This document shows, piece by piece, positions 7,741 through 15,241 of a stretch of DNA of 39,109 nucleotides. The translations under genes and the position numbers were made by a program. This DNA is from an uncultured archaeon. GTDB taxonomy: Archaea; Halobacteriota; Archaeoglobi; Archaeoglobales; Archaeoglobaceae. How positions within the stretch are numbered: position 1 is the stretch's first letter; every line of letters begins with the position of its first letter. The notes beneath the pieces were generated by a model. That model was not told the origin of the DNA. It saw only the letters and a list, made by a program, of their open reading frames with translations, and did not search any database. The DNA lies in assembly GCA_964463575.1 (NCBI GenBank), contig CAYXCK010000001.1, positions 8,952-48,060 on the forward strand, written 5' to 3'.

Positions 7741-8840
7741 CTTATTGCCATTCGAATACAATCTTCCAAGCTACCGAAGGCTACTTCAACCTTCCTTTTC
7801 TTAGGCAGATATTCGAGGGCTTTCCCAGAATTGACCATTACGCAACTAAATTTCTCCGTAATCGGCGAGACTACCATACAGGTATCCCTGAAAACCCTCG
7901 CTCCGAGTTTTTCAAGTTCTTCAACAATTTTTCTGCTTTCAGAAGCTACAAACCTTGAAGTAAATATCCAGAGCTCCCTTTTTACTTTCCTTCCATTCAG
8001 AAGATCCAGAATCTGCATCAGCTCTTCCTTAGAGCAGTGAGGACAACCAATCGCAATCAGGTCTGCTTCACACTTCTTTTCCATTTTCCCTTCAATTTCA
8101 ACGACTTCTGCCGGCCTTTCGAAATCCTTCCATTCTGGAGTTATCCCTTCTGCGTGGAACATTGCAATATTACCGGTCGAAGCTAGGGAAGCTGATAAGA
8201 GCTTCAGCTCATCTTTCGAAACTTTTCTATCGAATATGAAATAGGGTATTTCTCCGGACAACTCCATTCCTGCTTTATATCCTACTATGGAAAGATCGCC
8301 GGAAGCTTTCACAACAACAGTCGGGGCTCTGTTTTCTTTTATATGGAGCCCGTAATAAGGTGTGACTCCAGTAATTGCAGAAGCTAAAGCACTTATTCCG
8401 CTTTCTCTGTTCGTTCTAGCGCCTATAAAAGAGTTTGCGTAAACTATCGCCGAACTCTCAGCCCATGCTAAATGCTCACCTAATTTTGGTTCCAGAAGGT
8501 AGTAAGGTGTACATGTCAGCGTTATCTCGGCTCCGATTTTCTCGAATATCTCAATTATTTCAAGCTGCTTTTTTCGAAAATTCTCATTTATCCCCATTTC
8601 TCTCCATTTCTCAAGATCCATACCCGCGGGATTTAGAGTCGTTCGTACTTTCACCTTCCCTGCAATCGACTTTAGCCATTCCAATCCTTCATCGCCTATA
8701 TTGTCATAACTAACTCCTGAAATGTGAGCAGAAGAGATTTTCACAAAAAAATCGGCCTTGTAAATTTTGCCAAGTGCCAAAATTATTCTTTTACATTTTT
8801 CATCAACTTCCATCGCCTCAACTTCCTCGTAGCTCAGCAT
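7737..8840 (-). CDS. Aconitase X (DUF521) large subunit; in archaea the phosphomevalonate dehydratase large subunit of the modified mevalonate pathway
   Basis: 367 aa. ISSAHISGVSY, AWAESSAIVYANSFIGARTNRE and GCPHCS motifs are typical of AcnX/DUF521. The start overlaps the speE stop by 23 nt. Confidence 0.7.
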   Translation of the reverse strand: MLSYEEVEAMEVDEKCKRIILALGKIYKADFFVKISSAHISGVSYDNIGDEGLEWLKSIAGKVKVRTTLNPAGMDLEKWREMGINENFRKKQLEIIEIFEKIGAEITLTCTPYYLLEPKLGEHLAWAESSAIVYANSFIGARTNRESGISALASAITGVTPYYGLHIKENRAPTVVVKASGDLSIVGYKAGMELSGEIPYFIFDRKVSKDELKLLSASLASTGNIAMFHAEGITPEWKDFERPAEVVEIEGKMEKKCEADLIAIGCPHCSKEELMQILDLLNGRKVKRELWIFTSRFVASESRKIVEELEKLGARVFRDTCMVVSPITEKFSCVMVNSGKALEYLPKKRKVEVAFGSLEDCIRMAIS

Positions 8841-9696
8841 CTCTTATCTCCTCCTTTAGCCAGTTTGGTAATAAAAAGGCTGAAAAATGGACTTCCGGAT
8901 TGTAATGCTTCGTTTTTCCCTTTATTTTCCTGTAATTTCTTCTAACATATCTGAAGCTGAAATCTCCGCCGATTATGAAACTCCAATATGCCATAGGATA
9001 CGTCGGGACAACGGATGTGAAAACGGTCCTATTCCTTATAACAGAGGAATTTACTATCATCTTTCTAAACAACTGTCGCTGAATTAATGGAGACTGGGAC
9101 TGGCTACAGAAGACCTCACATTTCTCGTTGCAAATTTCAAAAAAGTCTCTTCCAAAAAGAGGATCGCTAACACCTACAGGATCCGTCCCATCTACTATGA
9201 TAACATCAAAAGTCTCGCAATGCTCAATGAATTTTCTCCCGTCTTCTATGACAACTTTGACTCTCGAATCATCGAAAGCGCCAGCGTCTATTTTTAGGAA
9301 CTTTTTGCAAAGTTCTATAACGTTGTTGTCTATCTCCACGAGTACGACTTTCTCCACATCGTGCTTCAAAACCTCCCTCAATGCTCCCCCATCACCGCCG
9401 CCTATTATTAATACGCTTTTTGCGTTTTTGCAGCTGTTCATTGGAACATGCACCAGCATCTCGTGATAAAACGGTTCATCGAATTCTGTAACCTGCACTT
9501 TCCCGTCTATTACGAGCATTTTCCCAAAGCTTTCTGTTTCGAATATCTCCACTTTCTGAATCCCATAAGCTTCCGCTATTTTTTTCTTCACTGCTACCAG
9601 CAATCCACAGCCATTGTATTTTTCAACAAACTCCACAAAAATAGTTAACCCAAGGCAAAAATAGCTTTCTGAACAGATTAACGCTCCCACGGCCAA
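8818..9696 (-). CDS. speE: Spermidine synthase / polyamine aminopropyltransferase
   Basis: FGKMLVIDGKVQVTEFDEPFYHEMLVHVPM, IIGGGDGGALREV and VIIVDGTDPVG are canonical SpeE motifs. The start is uncertain: TTG at 9696 in the track, with an alternative TTG near 9654. Confidence 0.88.
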   Translation of the reverse strand: MAVGALICSESYFCLGLTIFVEFVEKYNGCGLLVAVKKKIAEAYGIQKVEIFETESFGKMLVIDGKVQVTEFDEPFYHEMLVHVPMNSCKNAKSVLIIGGGDGGALREVLKHDVEKVVLVEIDNNVIELCKKFLKIDAGAFDDSRVKVVIEDGRKFIEHCETFDVIIVDGTDPVGVSDPLFGRDFFEICNEKCEVFCSQSQSPLIQRQLFRKMIVNSSVIRNRTVFTSVVPTYPMAYWSFIIGGDFSFRYVRRNYRKIKGKTKHYNPEVHFSAFLLPNWLKEEIRDAELRGS

Positions 9697-9715
9697 AGTT
9701 CAAAAAATTCCCCCT

Positions 9716-9815
9716 TTGACTGAGCTCCTTCCGCCCTAAAGGGCGAATTTCACTGCGAGGGCAGAAAGGTTTAGGGCCCATTACCCCCTATCCCCTTCAG
9801 GACTTGGGGTTATAA
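9716..9815 (-). repeat. Copy B of the IS605-end / omega-RNA-like repeat (shorter; lacks a ~35-nt internal segment)
   Basis: The reverse complement reads ..TATAACCCCAAGTCCTGAAGGGGATAGGGGGTAATGGGCCCTAAACCTTTCTGCC..ATTCGCCCTTTAGGGCGGAAGG.., colinear with copy A. Perfect hairpin CGCCC-TAAA-GGGCG at 9732-9745. Ends about 20 nt from the annotated speE start. Confidence 0.5.
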
Positions 9816-9860
9816 ATTCACTCCAAAGACATTCTTAAGAATTAACAATAATAATAGCTT

Positions 9861-9953
9861 TTATATCATTCCTGCCCTGAAGGGCGAGTTGTAACTTTTT
9901 ATAGCTGAAAATCCGCCTTTTAAGGCAGGATAAGAAGAGTTACAAGGTTGTAA
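9861..9953. repeat. Extra fragments of the same terminal hairpin plus local palindromes
   Basis: GCCC-TGAA-GGGC (9874-9885) and GCCT-TTTA-AGGC (9915-9926) resemble the terminal hairpins of copies A-C. GTTGTAAC (9888-9895) is complementary to GTTACAA (9939-9945). Palindrome TTACAAGGTTGTAA at 9940-9953. Confidence 0.4.
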
Positions 9954-10044
9954 TTCTGCTGTAGAGCGTCTTTGAGGGCAATCTTATGCAGACGTCGAAG
10001 CTGAGGAAATGCTAAAGCTGTCGGTTTTAAAGCTACGGAATTAA

Positions 10045-10120
10045 ATTGACTGTACTCAGTCGGAAATAACGGAAACTAAAAAAGTCTTCAACGCGGATAT
10101 GGCGGTTGCCTACAGCAGAA
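10045..10120 (+). pseudogene. Short tnpB C-terminal relic (second, + oriented)
   Basis: Translates to IDCTQSEITETKKVFNADMAVAYSRI. AAAGTCTTCAAC (10081-10092) is identical to 168-179 of relic A, and about 16 of the next 24 nt match. A stop lies immediately upstream (TAA 10042-10044). Similarity ends where the convergent DUF22-like gene stops (10121). Confidence 0.4.
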
Positions 10121-11431
10121 TCATTCGTATAGAATTCTTTGCTGAGCTTCTATCCATTCACTGATCCAAGTTTTAAGTTTCTCGATAGAACTTACCTCCA
10201 CTTCGTAAATGTTTACTATTCCAAGAATGTCCCCCTTTTCAACTTCTCCGTCAAGAAGTGGCAGAAGAACTGCTTGACTTACTGTTTTTTCCTCCTCAAC
10301 CCTACTGGTTTTCTCAAGAACTGCATCGATGAAAATTGCATAGGGATTTCTCATTATACCCATCGGGTAAATAAGCGTATTCTTCGGCAGCCTTATCTTT
10401 TTGATCGCAACTGTGCATGGCTTATTCCTCTCCAGTTTTTTCTTCTCATCAGCAATTATCGGTTCCCATCTACCAACTGGGGATCTTCTGAATCCAAAGG
10501 GATCTATTTTCATAGCTTTTCTTATTACCCCTCCTCCGCTACGGTAGACCATCGCAAACTCCTTCTTTTCTCCAGTTATCAGAGGTTTGAAGTCTTCGAG
10601 ACCGACGTAGTAAACACAGAGAACTCCTAGCATGTCTCCTTTTTCAATTTTTCCGTCCTCTACAGCTAAGAAAATCGCTTCCGTTATTATCTTCTCTTTC
10701 TCAGCTCTTGAAGGTTTCCCTACCTGGATTACATCCACCAAGGAGCCATATGCGTTCATCATGAAACCAATAGGAACAACGACAGTGTTCGGCGGAAGTC
10801 TAATTTCCCTTATCCTTATCCTTCTAACTTCGCCGGCACGAATTTTCAATTCTTCCTCAGAAACCACCGGCTCCCAAGTAGCGATATGTGTCCTTCTATA
10901 ACTTAGATCCTCTATTTCGACTTTCTCTCTGTAAATATTTCCGTCATCCCTCCAGACAAGGTTACCAGATACTTTCTCCTTGATTAATTCAGCTTTGGCT
11001 GATCCCAATCCAAGCGCCTTTCCAATCAAACCGGTTTTAACGAAGAAAACTTTTAAAACACCAACTATGTCGCCTTTCTTTATCTCTCCGTTGTCTATGG
11101 GTAAGAAAACGACGTTATTTATGCACTTATCTTCCTCGACTCTTGTAGGAATGCCGCATTCTACTACATCCAGCACGCTGCCAAGTGCATGGTGCATTAT
11201 GTTGAGCGGTCCTACCATCGTGTTTGCAGGCAACGTTATTGTTTGAACTTTCACAATTGCTGGTTTTCCTTTCTCAACCACGGTATCCCTGTCAGCTACC
11301 AGCGTTTTCAACTGTGTAACTGCTGCCATTCTGAATCCAAATGGTTTAAGCTTTATTTTCAGCTTCTCTAACTTTCCACCGAACACATCAACCCAATACT
11401 TTACTGTAACATCCATATATTCCACCTTCAT
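10121..11431 (-). CDS. Three-repeat protein of unknown function (DUF22-like archaeal repeat family)
   Basis: 436 aa. Three tandem ~120-aa units (aa 8-131, 156-276, 292-412) share the pattern FGFR/W.P....(I/V)RLP.NT.(V/I).P.G.M......(L/I)D....G...R.E.......A(V/I)FL....G.(I/V)(K/E)KGD(I/M)(V/L)G(V/I). My memory of Pfam DUF22 (1-3 copies, Archaeoglobus-rich) fits, but this was not verified. Confidence 0.7.
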   Translation of the reverse strand: MKVEYMDVTVKYWVDVFGGKLEKLKIKLKPFGFRMAAVTQLKTLVADRDTVVEKGKPAIVKVQTITLPANTMVGPLNIMHHALGSVLDVVECGIPTRVEEDKCINNVVFLPIDNGEIKKGDIVGVLKVFFVKTGLIGKALGLGSAKAELIKEKVSGNLVWRDDGNIYREKVEIEDLSYRRTHIATWEPVVSEEELKIRAGEVRRIRIREIRLPPNTVVVPIGFMMNAYGSLVDVIQVGKPSRAEKEKIITEAIFLAVEDGKIEKGDMLGVLCVYYVGLEDFKPLITGEKKEFAMVYRSGGGVIRKAMKIDPFGFRRSPVGRWEPIIADEKKKLERNKPCTVAIKKIRLPKNTLIYPMGIMRNPYAIFIDAVLEKTSRVEEEKTVSQAVLLPLLDGEVEKGDILGIVNIYEVEVSSIEKLKTWISEWIEAQQRILYE

Positions 11432-11450
11432 TAATAATTAAACGTTATTG

Positions 11451-11459
11451 TTTATAAAC
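11451..11459 (-). promoter_or_regulatory. TATA-like box (TTTATAAAC) 20-28 nt upstream of the DUF22-like gene ATG
   Basis: Position and sequence fit an archaeal TATA box. Implies a leaderless transcript. Confidence 0.35.
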
Positions 11460-11506
11460 TTTTCGATTTGCAAAAGTTAAAAAACTTTAAATGAAAAAAG
11501 GAAGCC

Positions 11507-12016
11507 GTGAAAGTCTACGTTCTCCGCCTTGGCCACAGAATCAACAGAGACCAGAGAATATCAACGCATGTAGCCCTAACAGCGAGGGCTTTTGGCGCAG
11601 AAGGGATTTATTTCGACAAATTTGACAAAAGTCTATTCGAAAGTGTTAAAAAAGTAGTTGAAAGATGGGGTGGGAACTTCTTTATAGAAACAGCAGAGTG
11701 GAGAAATTTGCTCAGAACATTCGACGGCCTAAAGATACATCTTACAATGTATGGAATTCCACTGCCGGAAAAACTAGATGAAATCAAAAAAGCAGAAAAA
11801 ATATTAGTCGTAGTGGGATCTGAAAAAGTCCCCAAGGAAGTCTACGAGCTTTGCGACATGAACATCTCAATAGGTCTCCAGCCACACAGCGAGGTGGCTG
11901 CATTAGCTGTTTTTTTGTATCTAGTGCTGGACAAGGTTTTCACGATTGAGTTCAAGGACGCAAAAATTAAGGTAATACCATGCGAGAGGGGTAAAAAGGT
12001 TTTAAAACTCGAATAA
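11507..12016 (+). CDS. trm56: tRNA (cytidine56-2'-O)-methyltransferase aTrm56 (SPOUT)
   Basis: 169 aa, GTG start. VLRLGHR..RDQRISTHVALTARAFGA, VVERWGG.FFIE, HLTMYG and QPHSEVAALAVFL closely match the aTrm56 family as I remember it from Pyrococcus. Confidence 0.88.
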   Translation: MKVYVLRLGHRINRDQRISTHVALTARAFGAEGIYFDKFDKSLFESVKKVVERWGGNFFIETAEWRNLLRTFDGLKIHLTMYGIPLPEKLDEIKKAEKILVVVGSEKVPKEVYELCDMNISIGLQPHSEVAALAVFLYLVLDKVFTIEFKDAKIKVIPCERGKKVLKLE

Positions 12017-12026
12017 AATATGAACT

Positions 12027-13358
12027 ATGATTCATCCTATCGAATATCGGTACGGAACAAAAGAAATGAAAAGGATTTGGAGCGAAGAAAGCAAGATAAG
12101 AAGAATGATATGGGTAGAAATAGCGCTTTTGAAAGCTCTTTCAAAAATGGGATACCTAAGTAGAGATGAAGTTGAGAAAGTTCGAAATAATGCCAGAAAG
12201 ATTAAGCCCGAAAAGGTAAAGGAAATAGAGGAGGAAATAAGGCACGATATAATGGCCTTAGTTAAAGTGATCGGAGAGGTCTCAGATTGCAGATGGATAC
12301 ACTTTGGAGCAACTTCAAATGACATAATTGATACAGCAACGGCAACGCAGCTCAGAGACAGCGTTCTAATACTAGAGGAAAAGATAAAAAAGCTAGGTAG
12401 AATCTTGGTCGAGAAAGCACTTGAATTCAAAAATGTTGTCTGTCTTGGCAGAACTCATGGACAAGCTGCCCTACCAACAACTTATGGATTCAGATTTGCT
12501 ATCTGGGCATCAGAAGTTGCTAGGCATTATATAAGGTTGCAACAGATAAAGGAGAGATTGCTTGTTGGAAAAATGAGTGGAGCCGTTGGAACTCAGGCAG
12601 CCTTTGGAAAAGACGGTTTCGAAATAGAAAGGGAGGTAATGAGAATCCTTAACCTCAAGCCTGCAATAATATCCTCTCAAATTATCCCAAGAGATATTTA
12701 CTGCGAGTATCTGGAATTTCTTGCAAATTTGGCCACCACCCTAGAGAAAATCGCACTAAACTTCCGAATTCTGCAGAGAAGCGAAGTAGGGGAGCTGATG
12801 GAAAAGTTTGAGGCAAAACAGGTGGGAAGTTCCACAATGCCACATAAGAGAAATCCCATAGATAGCGAGAACATTTGCGGACTTGCAAGGATAGTCAGGG
12901 CATTTGTCGAGCCGCAGCATCAGTCCGCAATTCTCTGGGAAGAAAGAGACCTGACAAATTCGTCAGCCGAAAGAATTACGCTTCTGGAGGCAACAATTCT
13001 TGCAGACCATATCTTAACAAGAATGATAAAGGTTGTTCTTGGGATTGCCATTGATCTGGAAAACGTCAGAAAGAACCTCGAAATGCAAAAAGGGTTAAAC
13101 ATGGGCGAAGCGGTAATGATTGCCCTGACAAAAAAGGGAGTGGATAGGCAAATTGCTCACGAAATACTAAGAAGGGCTTCAATGAGGGCCTACGCTAATA
13201 AAAGCTCACTCCTCGAAGAACTGCTTAAAGACGGAGAAATTATGCGATACTTTACAAAAGAAGAGCTATCTGAACTACTCAAGCCAGAGAATTATCTCGG
13301 CACAGCATTGGAGAGAGTCGAAATGGTTGTTGATTGGGTAAAAAGAGTTCTTGAATGA
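12027..13358 (+). CDS. purB: Adenylosuccinate lyase
   Basis: 443 aa. Fumarate-lyase signature GSSTMPHKRNP, plus HFGATSNDIIDTA and TLLEATIL. Confidence 0.93.
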   Translation: MIHPIEYRYGTKEMKRIWSEESKIRRMIWVEIALLKALSKMGYLSRDEVEKVRNNARKIKPEKVKEIEEEIRHDIMALVKVIGEVSDCRWIHFGATSNDIIDTATATQLRDSVLILEEKIKKLGRILVEKALEFKNVVCLGRTHGQAALPTTYGFRFAIWASEVARHYIRLQQIKERLLVGKMSGAVGTQAAFGKDGFEIEREVMRILNLKPAIISSQIIPRDIYCEYLEFLANLATTLEKIALNFRILQRSEVGELMEKFEAKQVGSSTMPHKRNPIDSENICGLARIVRAFVEPQHQSAILWEERDLTNSSAERITLLEATILADHILTRMIKVVLGIAIDLENVRKNLEMQKGLNMGEAVMIALTKKGVDRQIAHEILRRASMRAYANKSSLLEELLKDGEIMRYFTKEELSELLKPENYLGTALERVEMVVDWVKRVLE

Positions 13359-14281
13359 GGGCTGAAGAGAGGATAATTTCCCTGCTCGAATCCGCAAAAG
13401 ACAGGGGACTTTTACAGAGTGAAATAGCAAAAAAATTGAATCTTTCAAAGTCAACTGTTTCGGAAATTCTATCCCAGCTAGAGGAGAAAAGGATCATTTT
13501 CAGGGAGGAGGTATCGCAGAAAAGCTATAGAGTTTGGCTTATAAAGCATTGCCCGAAACCGATAGATGGTGTCCTAAGAATCGGATTCCTTAAAGCAAGC
13601 GAATACGCTAAAGTCGTGGATGCCGGAGAAAAAGTAAATGCAATATTCAAATTATACAGGAACGGCTTAGAGGCGACGAAAGATCTTGTTCATGGATGCG
13701 TGGATATACTAGCATCCCCATTCATTACCCAAGTATTCTTTGGAGTTCTAATGAAAAACATAAAGATATTCAGGGTTGTTGCAATGAACGGAAGTGGAAT
13801 AGCTTTTTCAAACGCAAAAGGATTTGGATGTTCCGAATTTTCCACAATGGAAAGGATGTTGAGAAGGTACGTAAAAGCAAAGGGTATAAAAGAAGAGATA
13901 AAGTTTTTTGATTCCCCCGAAGAGATGATAGCGAACTTCGGGAAACTCAAAGGAATAGCAATTTGGGAGCCTTATCTTTCGACTTTCAGCTGTATCGAGT
14001 ACTTTAGCGAAATCTTGGGGGACTTTGTTTGCTGTTCGCTAGCCGTTAATGAGGATTTCCTAGCGCTCAATCGAGATTTGTTCGAGGATTTCCTAAAATA
14101 TTACGACAAATCCTCGGCTAACAGGGGAGTGGCAAAAATTGCCGAGATAACAGGATTCCCAAAAGAAATAGTAAAGAAATCTCTTTCCAGCTACGATTTC
14201 AACGTTGGAATTGAAGAAGCAGAAAAGGAGGCAACCGATTTAGGTTTTGGAAGAATTGAGGAAATCTTTTATTTTTATTAA
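13355..14281 (+). CDS. Winged-helix DNA-binding domain fused to a periplasmic-binding-protein-like (NMT1/SsuA-type) sensor domain; putative regulator
   Basis: N-terminal ISLLESAKDRGLLQSEIAKKLNLSKSTVSEILSQLEEKRII is a classic wHTH. The remainder (LRIGFLKASEYA.., DILASPFITQ.., KGIAIWEPYLS) looks like a type-2 solute-binding fold without a signal peptide. ATGA start/stop overlap with purB. Confidence 0.55.
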   Translation: MRAEERIISLLESAKDRGLLQSEIAKKLNLSKSTVSEILSQLEEKRIIFREEVSQKSYRVWLIKHCPKPIDGVLRIGFLKASEYAKVVDAGEKVNAIFKLYRNGLEATKDLVHGCVDILASPFITQVFFGVLMKNIKIFRVVAMNGSGIAFSNAKGFGCSEFSTMERMLRRYVKAKGIKEEIKFFDSPEEMIANFGKLKGIAIWEPYLSTFSCIEYFSEILGDFVCCSLAVNEDFLALNRDLFEDFLKYYDKSSANRGVAKIAEITGFPKEIVKKSLSSYDFNVGIEEAEKEATDLGFGRIEEIFYFY

Positions 14282-14773
14282 ATCCCTCAACTTCAAAATA
14301 CTTTCAAACTGCAATTCTCCCTCTTCTCTGTCAACAACCGCCAAAATCTTAACAACTTTTCCCCCTCTCTGTTCAACCCTCTTTGCAACTGATATGGCCG
14401 ATTTTCCCGTCGTTATGACGTCTTCAACTACAACCACTCTTTCCCCCGGTTTCAGTTCTCCAACCATGTCATCAATTAAGCCATGTTCTTTCTTCTCTTT
14501 TCTGAAAATTATAATCGGTTTTCTAAGCTTTAAAGAAACGGCCGTCGCTATAGGTACTCCGCCCAATTCTATGCATGCGATCTTGTCGAATTCTATATTT
14601 ACTAGTTTCTCACTCATCGCCTCTGCTATCATTTCCAGAATATCCGGAAAAGTGGATGCCATCTTGATGTCAACATAAACATTGCTCCTTTTTCCAGATG
14701 AAAGAACGAAATCACCGAATTTCAGAGCACCTACTTCCAACAATCTCCTTGCAAGCCTATCCACAGAAATCAC
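14240..14773 (-). CDS. pyrE: Orotate phosphoribosyltransferase
   Basis: 177 aa. PRPP-binding loop VVVVEDVITTGKS, plus FVLSSGKRSNVYVD. Confidence 0.9.
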   Translation of the reverse strand: MISVDRLARRLLEVGALKFGDFVLSSGKRSNVYVDIKMASTFPDILEMIAEAMSEKLVNIEFDKIACIELGGVPIATAVSLKLRKPIIIFRKEKKEHGLIDDMVGELKPGERVVVVEDVITTGKSAISVAKRVEQRGGKVVKILAVVDREEGELQFESILKLRDLIKIKDFLNSSKT

Positions 14774-14790
14774 AAATATATAAAAAAAGT

Positions 14791-15141
14791 TTAAACGCAG
14801 CCGGTCGGTTTCGGCAAACCGGCAATCCTACAGGCGTCCTTTGCTGGACCTTGGGGGAACAACTTATAGATGTACTGAAGATCTACATGCGGTCCTATAT
14901 CTTTCTTCATCTGTTTAACAAGCATTCTAATGGGCGGGGCTACACCATATTTGATGAAGTAGTCTCTTAGGTATCTTATAACCTTCCAGTGTTCTTCCGT
15001 AAGTTCAAGGATTGGCTGCGGAGTAAACCTTGAATCTGCCGCTATTGCCTTTGCAACTTCTTCATCCCATTCCTCCCAGTCCTGTAGAAAACCATCTTCA
15101 TCGAGTCTTAGTTTTTTACCCTTCACTTCAAGCTCCGGCAT
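14791..15141 (-). CDS. dsrC: DsrC (TusE/DsrC/DsvC family sulfur-relay protein)
   Basis: 116 aa. LDEDGFL..W.EEVA start. The C-terminal arm DACRIAGLPKPTGCV carries both conserved cysteines (penultimate Cys and a Cys 11 residues upstream), which distinguishes bona fide DsrC from TusE-like proteins. Confidence 0.88.
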   Translation of the reverse strand: MPELEVKGKKLRLDEDGFLQDWEEWDEEVAKAIAADSRFTPQPILELTEEHWKVIRYLRDYFIKYGVAPPIRMLVKQMKKDIGPHVDLQYIYKLFPQGPAKDACRIAGLPKPTGCV

Positions 15142-15241
15142 TCAATCACCCCATTTCCCCTTCCACCCGTCATATAAATAGCTTGCGATTTTTGATTTCA
15201 GGGGACGAGAATGATATATACCGAGAGTTTAACTGAGCACA

